Source: Bacilli bacterium
Lineage (GTDB): Bacteria; Bacillota_I; Bacilli_A; RF39; UBA660
Direction: 5' to 3'
Assembly: GCA_017527675.1 (NCBI GenBank)
Contig: JAFXPU010000022.1
Coordinates: 36,554 to 100,553, forward strand
Length of the DNA stretch: 64,000 nucleotides
Below the pieces are notes generated by a model. That model was given only the letters and a program-made list of their open reading frames with translations. It was not told the origin of the DNA and did no database searches. Positions 9,145 to 19,611 of the stretch are shown here, piece after piece (position 1 is the first letter of the stretch; the number at the start of each line of letters is the position of its first letter). The position numbers were made by a program, and so were the translations under genes.

Positions 9145-10539
9145 GTGCTATTAAAAGCGTTAGATTTATTAAGAACTGTTGGCTGGGCATTAATACATTT
9201 AATTTACGAACTTATTGACTCTTTATTTGACATTTTAAGAGGATTAAATGCTTATGATATAATCAATTCTGTTTCAGGTGATAACAATTTTGTAACATTC
9301 CAAAAAGGTGTGATAGCTATATCGGTTACTTTACTTGGCTTATTTGCTATTACCAGATTTGCCAAAAAGATAATTGATCCAGATGAAGGATTAAGTTCTG
9401 AAGGAATTATAAAAGAAATAGTTAAGTGTGGAGTGCTTATAATTATGAGTGCTTTTATATTCGTTCAAGCAGCAACCTTTTCAATAAAACTATCTGGATA
9501 TACAGCATCTATTTTTACAAATAATAATATGACTATTTCTGATTCAATGTTAGCAATGTTTATAGACTATTCAGATGGCTATAAAGAATCAGATAATTTT
9601 AAAGGTGAAAATATTTTACAAAATGTTTCTAATGGAAGATTTGATGGAGCTGAAATGTATAATGACAAATATGTAACATCAAAAAGATTTATTTTACCCG
9701 ATAAAAAAGCTTATAAATATAAAATTAATTGGTTAATGGCCATAATAGTTGGAGGTTTCTTTTTATACTCTTTATTTTTCTGCGGTATGATGTTAGCTAG
9801 AAGACAAATAGAGTTTTTATTTTTATTTGTTATAAGTCCAATTATATTTGCTACATCTATTGGCAATAAAGAAAGACGATCAGCTGTTATTCAGCAACTT
9901 GTATCCTTAATGTTACAGGGAGCCGTTATAATGCTTATTATATCTTTAACTGCCATAGTTATGAATCAAATAAATAGTACAAGATTTTTTAGTAATGATT
10001 TTAAAGATATAATAATGAAATCTATTATGTATATTGGCTGTGGTTCTTTCTTACTAACCGGTTCACAAGTAGTAAATAAATTTATTGGTGGAAATGTATC
10101 TGCCAATAGTGGTCGAGAACAATTAATGGCTATGATGGGTTTTGGACAGGCGATGGGAAAAACAGGAGCTACTGTTGGTCTAGCAACTGCTGGTGCTGGC
10201 TTAATGGGAGCTGGCTTACTTGCTAAAGGTGGACATACTATCTTAGGAAATGCTGGTAATTCAGCCTTAGAAAAAGTTGGTAAATCTGTTTCTAATTTTG
10301 GTTCTAAAATAAATGACGAAAGTGATTCAACAATAGGAAGTAATTTAAAATTAGTTGGTGACTATATGTATAATTCTTCTATGAGCAAAAATTTAGAAGA
10401 TAAAAAGAATAGTAAATTTTCAAAATTTGAATCTAGTATTATGAATGCTGGTAAAAGATCAATGGCTCAAGCTATGTCAAATGTTATACCAGCTAAGATG
10501 ATGCCAAGAAGAAGATATAGGGGGAAAGATGATTACTGA
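9145..10539 (+). CDS. VirB6/TcpH-like polytopic conjugal transfer membrane protein.
   Basis: At least six predicted TM helices, Gly/Ala-rich hydrophilic C-terminus, and its position in a type IV secretion (T4SS) gene cluster. Confidence 0.5.
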   Translation: MLLKALDLLRTVGWALIHLIYELIDSLFDILRGLNAYDIINSVSGDNNFVTFQKGVIAISVTLLGLFAITRFAKKIIDPDEGLSSEGIIKEIVKCGVLIIMSAFIFVQAATFSIKLSGYTASIFTNNNMTISDSMLAMFIDYSDGYKESDNFKGENILQNVSNGRFDGAEMYNDKYVTSKRFILPDKKAYKYKINWLMAIIVGGFFLYSLFFCGMMLARRQIEFLFLFVISPIIFATSIGNKERRSAVIQQLVSLMLQGAVIMLIISLTAIVMNQINSTRFFSNDFKDIIMKSIMYIGCGSFLLTGSQVVNKFIGGNVSANSGREQLMAMMGFGQAMGKTGATVGLATAGAGLMGAGLLAKGGHTILGNAGNSALEKVGKSVSNFGSKINDESDSTIGSNLKLVGDYMYNSSMSKNLEDKKNSKFSKFESSIMNAGKRSMAQAMSNVIPAKMMPRRRYRGKDDY

Positions 10540-10851
10540 ACTTAGTTTTATGATATAATACTTATCAAGGTGAGTAAATAATTACAAAAAATGAAATAAT
10601 ATTAGTTGCTGTTGATAATAGTTATTTTTTAATTGTGAATAAATAAAAATAGTTGAGTTTATCATCAATTAATTATGTTGATAATATTAAATGTATTAAG
10701 GAGAAAATTTATAAAAAATATAATATTAATATTAAAGAAAAAAATTGATGATATGATTACCAAATCTAGAAAAGTTTGATAAATCAAAATATCCATCATA
10801 TGATTATGGTCTACTACGTGATGATATTCATCTATCATGAAATTCCAACAA

Positions 10852-10880
10852 AAAAATCATTGTATAATACAATGATTTTT
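10852..10880. terminator. Bidirectional terminator between convergent genes.
   Basis: Near-perfect palindrome AAAATCATTGT-ATAAT-ACAATGATTTT. Confidence 0.5.
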
Positions 10881-10898
10881 AACTATCAAAAATGTTTG

Positions 10899-11807
10899 CT
10901 AAAAGTATAATCCTCCTGTAGAAACACCTTGTGTATTATCATAATAAGATGCTACTGAATTAGCAAATTTAAATACCTGACCCATTCCCGTAGAACTTAT
11001 AGTATATAGTTTAGATTGTGATTCACTTACATTACTTGTAGCATGCTGATAAGAACCATAAGCACCATAATCTAACAAATCAGTATAATTACCCGTCGCA
11101 GATACTTGAGTTCTTAAATAAATTATAGAAGTGCTAGAAGGTAATTTCATTGAAATTCCAAATCCATAATCTCCACCAGGAGCATTAAAACCTGAACTTG
11201 CAGTAGTATAATTTTGTACATTATATGTGTTTCCATCTGAACTGTATCTTAATGTTCCCCAAATAGTGCTCAAATTAATATTAAAGTTGTGAAATCTTAA
11301 TCCTGTAACATCATATGAACGAGTTGATGGTATTATCTTCCAATTTGTTGTTAAGATGAAATTAATAGCAGTATATCCTCCATCTGGTCCAGGATTTGCT
11401 CCATACATGGAAATGTTTATTAATTTATATGATGTCTCATGTGTTGGGTTACTCTTTGCCAAGTCTTCTTTGCATGCGGCTGGATTTACTTTATCATAAT
11501 CCTCTTTTGAAATTTCTGTTTCTTCAGTACCTATTACGTTTCCAAATTGATTCAATTGATAAACAACTTTGACATACTTAGTTTCTTCGCCTATTTTTAC
11601 ATAATTAATATTTTTTTCTCGATCAAAGACATTTTGTGGCATACTATCCACACTTTCTTTTCCATAAACTTCCACCAATTTGGAATATTGATCCATTGTC
11701 ATTCTTACATTTTGCTCATTTACGTAATATTCTCTTTGCATTTTTGCATGTACAGTAAATGGTAATAAAAGCAATAATAATAAAGTGGTTAAAACAATTT
11801 TTTTCAT
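10899..11807 (-). CDS. Secreted protein, member of an element-encoded paralogous family (with 25708..26475).
   Basis: Signal peptide. Shares W.I.P..RSYD..G.RFHN, GSYQHA.S and YYD motifs with 25708..26475. Confidence 0.5.
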   Translation of the reverse strand: MKKIVLTTLLLLLLLPFTVHAKMQREYYVNEQNVRMTMDQYSKLVEVYGKESVDSMPQNVFDREKNINYVKIGEETKYVKVVYQLNQFGNVIGTEETEISKEDYDKVNPAACKEDLAKSNPTHETSYKLINISMYGANPGPDGGYTAINFILTTNWKIIPSTRSYDVTGLRFHNFNINLSTIWGTLRYSSDGNTYNVQNYTTASSGFNAPGGDYGFGISMKLPSSTSIIYLRTQVSATGNYTDLLDYGAYGSYQHATSNVSESQSKLYTISSTGMGQVFKFANSVASYYDNTQGVSTGGLYF

Positions 11808-12057
11808 ACTTATTTCCTCCTTATCTTTTTAACCATTCAAATTTCGTTTATCTAATATTTAAAATCATTAACACCTCCTATATTTTCCCATTAGTCTATT
11901 TATATATTGTTAAGTTTATTTTATCACATTATTAAATATTTTTAAACAAAAATATTTTTTTGCTAATATTTTTATAATAATTAGAGTTGCATAACGCAAA
12001 AATTATAATTGAAGAATAATAAAAACTATTATATAATATAAAAAAGAGGTGTATTTA

Positions 12058-12486
12058 ATGAAAAAAAGTCTAATCATATTGTTGTGTGCCGTTTTTTTAA
12101 TTATTTCGGTTTTATTTGTAGATTATATGATAGCAAAAACAAATAAGAAGAAACCAATTTTTTCTTTAAAAAGGACAAATACAGAAAATCAGGTTAAAAT
12201 ATATACTGGATTATTTTATAAAATATATCAATGCGAAGTAGATAGCGATATTTATTACATAACTAACAATCCATTTTCAAAAATGAATGATAATTTTTGT
12301 CCCAAAAAATATATAATAGATTTTAAAGATAATTACTATACAAACAACAAAAATGTTAGAATTTCAAAAGAGGATTATGAAAAATTAAGTCAATTTTATT
12401 CAACCGAAGAAATTGTTAATATGACAGAAGATGATCTAAATAAAGCTTATGATGAAATAAAAAAATGGGTTCCTATAACAAATTGA
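12058..12486 (+). CDS. Membrane-anchored hypothetical protein.
   Basis: N-terminal TM/signal anchor. The ORF track start is 12049. Confidence 0.4.
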   Translation: MKKSLIILLCAVFLIISVLFVDYMIAKTNKKKPIFSLKRTNTENQVKIYTGLFYKIYQCEVDSDIYYITNNPFSKMNDNFCPKKYIIDFKDNYYTNNKNVRISKEDYEKLSQFYSTEEIVNMTEDDLNKAYDEIKKWVPITN

Positions 12487-12942
12487 TAATTTGTACATAA
12501 CATGGAATTATTGCACTTTATTTTATAAGAAAGACATGGTACGTTTTGTGAGGAATTAATAACATATAAATTTGGTAAGACTGTTGATTAAAAAATTATT
12601 TCCAATAAGGAATTAAAAGATTTAAGAAATAATTATTTTAAATTATGTCCATTATTTGATTCTAAGCATATGAAATCAATTATTAATGAAATGGGAATTA
12701 ATTTTATAGTTCGGATTTTGATATTGTTCTATTTTATAATAAAATAACAGAAGATGAAGTAATAATTTTAAATCAATATTAAGATATACATTTAAATTAT
12801 ATTATTAAAGAAATATAAAAACATATTATAATTAATTTTAATTCAGAAAATAAGTTTAGCTCTTGCAAAATTGCAATATTGGGCTTCAAATAAAGAGAAA
12901 TAACACTAGTTGAAAAACTAGTTTTTTTGTATAGGAGGAAAA

Positions 12943-13254
12943 ATGTATATAACAGTTAGAAGTTTAAAAAAGACTTTAGGTAAATATATAGAAATGAAAG
13001 ATTTATACATTGGTTTACCAATGTTATTTTCGTTTTTATTATTATTTACTTTTATAAGTCATAAATTGTTTTCGCTTGTATATTTAACAATATGTATTTT
13101 TTTAATGCTTCCAGTTAAAGTATCTAAGAAAAATAGAATGTATAAAGTTTTCTTTCTATTTTTAAAATACATGTTTAGAACAAAAGAATATATTTTTAAA
13201 AAGAATGGAGATGAGACAGGTTGGTTAGAATCCCTAAAAATGAAAAAAATCTAA
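12943..13254 (+). CDS. Small membrane protein preceding VirB4 (hypothetical T4SS component).
   Basis: Two hydrophobic helices, and its 3' end overlaps the virB4-like ORF. Confidence 0.35.
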   Translation: MYITVRSLKKTLGKYIEMKDLYIGLPMLFSFLLLFTFISHKLFSLVYLTICIFLMLPVKVSKKNRMYKVFFLFLKYMFRTKEYIFKKNGDETGWLESLKMKKI

Positions 13255-15677
13255 AAAAAATTCAAAAGTTTAATGCTAAATACAATAAGAAATATTTAAT
13301 AAAAAGACAGATGAAAAGAAGAATTAGAAATTCTAAGACTTTATCAAATGTTAAAGAGATAAATGATAATGGTTTAATTAGTTTAAAGTCCGGTGAAGTA
13401 GCTTCCTTAATAGAAGTTAAAGCTATTGATTTATCTTTAACTAGTAATCAAGAAAAAAATCTATTCTTTTCTATGTTAAAAGTTTTATATCAAATACCTA
13501 ATCTAAATTTAAAGTGTTATAAATTAAATGAAAAATTAAATTTAAATGCTAATAAAGTTAATTTAGATAATAAGATTGAAAAGTTTCAAAATGATAATGA
13601 TAAGAAAATATTACTAGAAGAGTCCAGAAATTTAATTGATGATTTAGAAAATAAAAACTTTACTGTTTCAAGCAAATATTATTGGGTATTAATTGCAAAA
13701 GATGAGACTATATTGAGTAGACAATTAGATGAAATAGAAGATATTACATTTAATATAGTTCCAAGATTAATTATAGAAACTATAAAAAATAAATTAGAAA
13801 TATATAAATTTTTATCAAATCTTTATCTAACATCTAATTCATTAGATGAATTATTATGGAGTGATTTACCAAGTTTAGTAAGTCCCATGAATGCATCTGA
13901 AAAAATAGATAAGATGAAATTTGATGATAAGGAATTTCAAATATTAACAATTAAAAATATTCCGCCATTTGTTCCTGAATTATTCTTTGAAGATATTTTT
14001 AATTATCCCGATGTTAGAGCTTCAATTAGTATTAAAGAATGTATTACTCAAGAAGAATTAATAAGATGGGTAAATTCAGAATATCAGTTTTTATTAACAG
14101 ATCTAAATACTACAAAAAAATTAAGTGATGCAACCGAACTTGATACTCAAAAAGAAAACTTTCAAGCTTTAATGCAAGATATTAAAAATGGTGATGAAAA
14201 AATTAAAGAAGTGTCTTTAATTTTAATTGTTGAAGGGGATAAAAAGCATCGTGAAGAAGTAATAAGAGATCTAAAAAGAATAGCTGATCCATATCATATA
14301 AAATTAGATGTTCCAAGACTACGTCAAATGGAGGCATGGCAAAATTATGATATAACACCTAATGCTTTTGAAGATTATGGTTTCTATTTACCAACCTTGA
14401 CTTTAGCTGCTGGTTTTCCATTTACTAAAACATCATTTAATGATTCGGCTGGTTATATGTTTGGAGTAGATATGCATACATCTTTGCCAATATTTTATGA
14501 TCCATTTGTTTTAAATAATGCCAGAACTTCACATAATATGGCAATTATATCTTCAACTGGTGGAGGTAAGTCATATACGATGAAAAAGATGATTGTAAAT
14601 GAATATGCAAGAGGTACTAAAATTTTTATCTTTGATGCGGAAAACGAATATAAGAAAATAGTTGAAGCTAATAATGGTGAGTATATTGATCTTTACTCTA
14701 AAACAGGAGGAATTATAAATCCATTACAAATTAGATTTATTCCATCTGATGATGATGCTCATGATACAAAAGAAACAGATTGTCCTTTAGCTAAACATTT
14801 AGGATTTTTAGAAGCTTTCTTTAAAACAACTTTTGAAAGTATAACCGAAAAAGAACTTGTTATGCTACTTGCAATAGTAGAAAAATTATATAATCAAAAA
14901 GGTATTTATAAAAATACATCTATAAATACTTTGCAAAATATGAAACCAACAGATTATCCAATATTCTCAGAATTATATAAATTCTTACCAGAGTATAAGA
15001 AAGATGTTGATAGTAAAGAGAAAGAAAAGATAATTGAACAACTAGATATTTTGTTATCTAGATTTTTAACTGGAACAGATTCATATCTATTTGATGGTTA
15101 TACAACTATTAATTTAGATAATGATTTAATAGCTTTCAATTTACAAGAACTTTTATATAGTGGTAATCAAAGATTAATTAATACTCAAACATTGAATCTT
15201 TTAACTTATCTAAATAATAGTATTGTAGCCAATAAAATTAATAATGATAAATTACCATTAGAAGATAGAAAACATGTCATGATTATAGCTGATGAATTTC
15301 ATTTATTTATTGATGAAAATAATTTTGAAGTATTAAGAAACTTTGGACAACTTGCAAGAAGAATTAGAAAGTATTCGGGTTCTCTTGTTGTTGCTACTCA
15401 ATCTGTAAAAGATTTTGTTGGAAGTCAAAACATATTAAGACATGCAACAGCTATATTTAATAACTGTCAGTATCAAATGGTTGGTATGTTAAAGGAAGAT
15501 GATCTACTTGCATACTTAGAATTATTTAAACAAAATCCTCTAACAGATACTCAAAAGAAATTTTTAATGTCAGCAAGAAGAGGAGAGTTTTTATTAAATA
15601 TAGATTCTAAAAACAGACTAAAAATATGGATTAGAGCAACTGAACTTGAAAGAGAAATGATGGGAGAAGGTGTTTAA
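13221..15677 (+). CDS. VirB4/TcpF-like conjugal transfer ATPase.
   Basis: Walker A GGGKS, Walker B DEFH, and ~800 aa size. The true start may be an internal Met (e.g. MKRRIR). Confidence 0.75.
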   Translation: MVRIPKNEKNLKKIQKFNAKYNKKYLIKRQMKRRIRNSKTLSNVKEINDNGLISLKSGEVASLIEVKAIDLSLTSNQEKNLFFSMLKVLYQIPNLNLKCYKLNEKLNLNANKVNLDNKIEKFQNDNDKKILLEESRNLIDDLENKNFTVSSKYYWVLIAKDETILSRQLDEIEDITFNIVPRLIIETIKNKLEIYKFLSNLYLTSNSLDELLWSDLPSLVSPMNASEKIDKMKFDDKEFQILTIKNIPPFVPELFFEDIFNYPDVRASISIKECITQEELIRWVNSEYQFLLTDLNTTKKLSDATELDTQKENFQALMQDIKNGDEKIKEVSLILIVEGDKKHREEVIRDLKRIADPYHIKLDVPRLRQMEAWQNYDITPNAFEDYGFYLPTLTLAAGFPFTKTSFNDSAGYMFGVDMHTSLPIFYDPFVLNNARTSHNMAIISSTGGGKSYTMKKMIVNEYARGTKIFIFDAENEYKKIVEANNGEYIDLYSKTGGIINPLQIRFIPSDDDAHDTKETDCPLAKHLGFLEAFFKTTFESITEKELVMLLAIVEKLYNQKGIYKNTSINTLQNMKPTDYPIFSELYKFLPEYKKDVDSKEKEKIIEQLDILLSRFLTGTDSYLFDGYTTINLDNDLIAFNLQELLYSGNQRLINTQTLNLLTYLNNSIVANKINNDKLPLEDRKHVMIIADEFHLFIDENNFEVLRNFGQLARRIRKYSGSLVVATQSVKDFVGSQNILRHATAIFNNCQYQMVGMLKEDDLLAYLELFKQNPLTDTQKKFLMSARRGEFLLNIDSKNRLKIWIRATELEREMMGEGV

Positions 15678-15966
15678 TATGATTTATCAGTTAGTGTCGG
15701 ATTTAACTGATTTTTTTTATGATTATAATCCCGAAAAATTTAAAAGTTTATATGAAGATTTTGATGCTGGATATAATGATGTAGAAAGTAAGCTGTTTTC
15801 TAAAAAAGATTTAGATGAATTAATTCAAGAAATAGAATGGATATGTGATGAGTTAATGCTTGAGGATAATTATAACTCAAGACAATTATATAAAAGAAGC
15901 TTAGCTTTGCTTAAAAGACTAAAAGTTTTTAAAAATCCATTAGAAGAGAAAAAAGATGAAGCATAG
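15670..15966 (+). CDS. Hypothetical acidic protein.
   Basis: Translationally coupled between virB4 and the M23 gene. Confidence 0.35.
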   Translation: MFNMIYQLVSDLTDFFYDYNPEKFKSLYEDFDAGYNDVESKLFSKKDLDELIQEIEWICDELMLEDNYNSRQLYKRSLALLKRLKVFKNPLEEKKDEA

Positions 15967-16831
15967 ATTAACAAAAGGAATATTAACAGCCACAATTGGA
16001 AGTGCTGTAGGAATAATTGCTATGATTGTAGTTATTATTGTTGCTTTACTAATGATGTTAGATTTTTTTGGAACATATGAAACAGACAATTATATTGAAA
16101 ATAATATGTATTATGCTGATGCATATAAATTAGTTTTGAATGTTGCTTTAAAAGATAATAAAGGATATATTCCTTTAACAAGAATATTATATTTTTATTT
16201 GGAAGATGATAGTTTATCATTTTATGAAATATATGTAGATAATCTAGATAAAGAAACAAATAAACTATTACCAATAAGTGAAGTATGTGAATTAGAAAAA
16301 TATAAATTATATGATGGATGTAAAGACTTTTTAATGAGTGGACAAATTGACGAAGAACAAAATAAACCATTCGTTTCACCAATTGATTTTAAAGATGTTG
16401 CTGTAACATCATTTTTTATGGAAGAAAGAGAAGTATTTGGTGTACAAGATGTTCACTTTGGCTGGGATTTTGCAACAAGTAATCAAACACCAGTTAAGGC
16501 TGTATGTGATGGTAAAATAAAAAAAGTCGATTTTACCTTTACTAAAAATATAACAGATGTATCTGGTGGAGGAGGAAATCAAATAACTCTTGAATGTGAA
16601 ATAGATAATGATCTAACTTATGAAGTTTTATACGCCCATTTATATCCTGGTTCGGCTAAAGTAAAAAAAGATCAAGAAGTAAATGCTGGAGATATTATTG
16701 CTGGTGTTGGAACAACAGGATATTCTACAGGACCTCACTTACATTATGAAGTATCATTAGATGGAAATGTAGTTGATGGAATGAGTTTAGTTGATTTTTC
16801 AGAACAAGAAGATTATAATAATAGTAACTAG
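15956..16831 (+). CDS. Membrane-anchored M23-family peptidoglycan endopeptidase (TcpG/Orf14-like conjugation hydrolase).
   Basis: N-terminal TM helix and a C-terminal M23 motif. Confidence 0.65.
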   Translation: MKHRLTKGILTATIGSAVGIIAMIVVIIVALLMMLDFFGTYETDNYIENNMYYADAYKLVLNVALKDNKGYIPLTRILYFYLEDDSLSFYEIYVDNLDKETNKLLPISEVCELEKYKLYDGCKDFLMSGQIDEEQNKPFVSPIDFKDVAVTSFFMEEREVFGVQDVHFGWDFATSNQTPVKAVCDGKIKKVDFTFTKNITDVSGGGGNQITLECEIDNDLTYEVLYAHLYPGSAKVKKDQEVNAGDIIAGVGTTGYSTGPHLHYEVSLDGNVVDGMSLVDFSEQEDYNNSN

Positions 16832-16843
16832 TGAGGAATTATT

Positions 16844-17245
16844 ATGAGAAAAATATATTTTACTTTAATTTCATTAATCATGCTATTTTGTTTAATAGGG
16901 TGTGGTAATAAAGAGAGTAAAAAAAGATATGATGAAATTAAAGCAAGTGTTAAAAAAGCTGTCGAATGGCATATTTCCGCAAGTTATCCCAAATGTACTA
17001 TTTTAGATAACTATGATAAAAGTGTTAAGACTCGAGGAAGCCTTAATTCTTCATTTTTAATAAAAAATGGATATATAAAAAAAGACGAATTGCTTGATAT
17101 AGATGGAAAATCATATTGTGATGTATACGTAAGAATTAACGTTAAACTTGAGGACCCTTTAGATCAACAAAAAAATTGTGAAGTATCTTATAAGCTATAT
17201 TTAAAATGTAATGACTATGAAGATAAAGGCTATATAGAGGGGTAA
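16844..17245 (+). CDS. Small lipoprotein, paralogue of 1191..1589.
   Basis: Lipobox LIGC. Shares RYDEIK, KSYC and YLKCNDYEDKGY with the gene at 1191. Confidence 0.55.
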   Translation: MRKIYFTLISLIMLFCLIGCGNKESKKRYDEIKASVKKAVEWHISASYPKCTILDNYDKSVKTRGSLNSSFLIKNGYIKKDELLDIDGKSYCDVYVRINVKLEDPLDQQKNCEVSYKLYLKCNDYEDKGYIEG

Positions 17246-17254
17246 TTAAGAGTT

Positions 17255-18196
17255 GTGATAATGAAAAAGAAACTAATAATATTATTTATTATATTAATTA
17301 TAATAGCATCAATTATTTGTGCAGTATGTTTATTATTTCCTAAAAATAAAGAAACTGAAAATTATGAAGATGAAAATACATTATATGTCATTAAATTTGA
17401 TGATATGGTGTTAAGATTCGAGAGATATGATTATTCTTTAGGACAAAATCAATTAGTTGGTGTTGAAAAGACTACAGATAATGGTAAAACTTATAAGAAA
17501 TTAACAACTGAACCAATCATAGTTAGTATGGAACCACAATTTGTGTTTTTAAATAAAAAATTAGGTTTTGCTATTTCTAAACCAAATTTAACTAAATCAA
17601 ATAATTATATGGGATTACATGTTACTCAAGATGGTGGTAAAACATTTACAAATTCTATAATTAATTACGACAATCCTAGTATTGATATATTAACCATTGA
17701 TGATATTCCTTACAAGGAGGATAATATCTTGAAATTACCATGTTCAATTTATCAAATTAAAGAAGATGATTCAGGTTATGAGGATGTAAAATTTATTTTT
17801 ACAAGTTTAGATAATGGTTTAACATGGAATTTATCTGATGAATTTGCTGATGTAAATATAAGAGTAAAAAATGATACTTTAACTAATGTAGGGGCAACAT
17901 TTATATTAACAAATAAATCTACTACTGAAACTTATGTTTATGGAAATCCATATTATCTTGAAATTAAAGAAAATGGTAACTGGCATAAATTAGAAACAAT
18001 AAATCAATTATATTTTACTTTACCAGCATATAATTTAACTCCTGGTCAGTCAAAAGAAATTGACATTAATTGGGAATACTGTTATGGTAAATTAAAAAGT
18101 GGAATATATAGATTAGTTAAAGATGTATCTAGATCAGGTGATGAACCAATTGATGAATCTAAGATAAAATATATTTATGCTGAATTTGAAATATAA
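17255..18196 (+). CDS. Membrane-anchored or secreted BNR/Asp-box repeat protein.
   Basis: Three Asp-box motifs ([ST].D.G.T[WYF]): TTDNGKTY, TQDGGKTF and SLDNGLTW. N-terminal hydrophobic anchor. Confidence 0.5.
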   Translation: MIMKKKLIILFIILIIIASIICAVCLLFPKNKETENYEDENTLYVIKFDDMVLRFERYDYSLGQNQLVGVEKTTDNGKTYKKLTTEPIIVSMEPQFVFLNKKLGFAISKPNLTKSNNYMGLHVTQDGGKTFTNSIINYDNPSIDILTIDDIPYKEDNILKLPCSIYQIKEDDSGYEDVKFIFTSLDNGLTWNLSDEFADVNIRVKNDTLTNVGATFILTNKSTTETYVYGNPYYLEIKENGNWHKLETINQLYFTLPAYNLTPGQSKEIDINWEYCYGKLKSGIYRLVKDVSRSGDEPIDESKIKYIYAEFEI

Positions 18197-18309
18197 TGAT
18201 ACTTTTTTAAAAGTATCTTTTTTAATGATATAATTGTATTATATTCTCACTTTATGTCCTGTAATTATTTGATTTCAAATGTTAAATTAGTATTGAAAAG
18301 AGGGATAAA

Positions 18310-19320
18310 ATGAATCAAGAAAAAATAGGAAAATTTATTCAAGAAATGCGCAAACAAAATGGTTTAACACAAGAAGAATTAGCAGAGAAATTAAATGTTT
18401 CTAATAAAACTATTAGTCGTTGGGAAAATGGCATTAATCTTCCTGATGCCTCACTTTATAATTTGCTTTGTCAGGAATTAAATATATCTATAAATGAATT
18501 ATTAAGTGGTCAAAAATTAGAACCAGGAGAATACCAACAAAAATTAGAAGAAAATGTTTTATTATTAAATGATAAAACCAATAAGAAAATAAAAAAGGTT
18601 TCAAAAAAAATAACAATAATTATTATCTTTATTGTTTTAGTAATAATATTATTAATTATTTCTGGAATAATATATTTTAAGATAAAAGATTATAAAGATA
18701 ATAAAAAAATATATTACCCATTCGGTACTGTTCATTTTGAAATATGTGAATACAAACCAAATACAAGGGAAAATCAAATAATAATCAAATCAAAACTTGA
18801 TAGCGAATTGAAATCTATAGTTGAATCTAAAATAAATGAAAATGGTGATGTAGTTATTAGAAACTATAGATATGAAAAGTGGGATAAAAATCCAGATTTA
18901 GCTATTTCTCATACAAAGGTAACTCCAATTGGAAAAATAAATAGAATATATTATGATGATAAATTAATATATGATGGAAAAGATGGAAAAAATCCAATTA
19001 AAAGAGAATGTATTGAAAGTAGGGGATTAACAAGAAGCTTTGATATTGAAGCAAAAGAAAAAAGTGGATCACTAGAAGGTATTTATGTTGTTACAATAAA
19101 AAAATGTGATACTAAAGAAAAATATATGGTATTTGTTAAGGAAGAATTTGCCAATAATCTTGAAATAGGAAAAACATATGAATTTACTTTTAAATATTCT
19201 ATGACAACTTTTTTAAGAGATAAAACTGATATTCGTGATATATTTGAACAACTTCAGTTACTATCAGTTAATGAAACAAATAAAATATGTCCTGAACAGA
19301 TAAATGACGAAATATTTTAG
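18310..19320 (+). CDS. Membrane-tethered XRE-family transcriptional regulator (HTH + TM + extracytoplasmic domain).
   Basis: N-terminal HTH_XRE (LTQEELAEKL.VS..TISRWENG), one TM helix around aa 100-125, and a ~200-aa C-terminal domain. Confidence 0.55.
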   Translation: MNQEKIGKFIQEMRKQNGLTQEELAEKLNVSNKTISRWENGINLPDASLYNLLCQELNISINELLSGQKLEPGEYQQKLEENVLLLNDKTNKKIKKVSKKITIIIIFIVLVIILLIISGIIYFKIKDYKDNKKIYYPFGTVHFEICEYKPNTRENQIIIKSKLDSELKSIVESKINENGDVVIRNYRYEKWDKNPDLAISHTKVTPIGKINRIYYDDKLIYDGKDGKNPIKRECIESRGLTRSFDIEAKEKSGSLEGIYVVTIKKCDTKEKYMVFVKEEFANNLEIGKTYEFTFKYSMTTFLRDKTDIRDIFEQLQLLSVNETNKICPEQINDEIF

Positions 19321-19466
19321 AAGATCAAATGGTCTTCTTTTTTTTAGATGTTTTTATAATATAGAAAATATCCCAAATGAGTCACCTATTTTTTTATTAT
19401 AAATCATGCGATTTCTTAATATTAATAACCAAAATGGTGATAATTTTGCAAGTGCAAAATAAGTTT

Positions 19467-19518
19467 GATATCACAGTAAAGTCTTGTTTTACAAGTCTTT
19501 TTTTATTACTGTGATATC
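19467..19518. promoter_or_regulatory. Candidate oriT: perfect 13-bp inverted repeat GATATCACAGTAA ... TTACTGTGATATC enclosing a smaller repeat.
   Basis: The IR was read directly. It lies ~95 nt upstream of the RHH-accessory-relaxase operon. Confidence 0.4.
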
Positions 19519-19611
19519 AATCTCTTATGCTCTTTCTTATAATAGTCCATATTTTCTTTTATCGTGGTGATACTATGTCACTTTTGGGGGATTAAAAAAA
19601 GGAGGTATAAA

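Noticed and set aside
16035-16382. Minus-strand 115-aa ORF inside the M23 hydrolase gene.
   Set aside because: It is fully embedded antisense to a well-supported CDS, and AT-rich genomes generate such shadow ORFs by chance. The same reasoning applies to other ORFs opposite well-supported genes: 204..389, 7942..8136, 11547..11765, 21878..22084, 22789..23055, 24515..24763, 25046..25246, 26807..26992, 28447..28665, 30467..30664, 31431..31631, 36617..36814, 39518..39718, 41199..41489, 50069..50407, 50947..51132, 51478..51807, 55207..55401, 56178..56639, 58307..58498, 60516..60707, 62200..62490, 62604..62804, 62940..63128 and 63206..63499.
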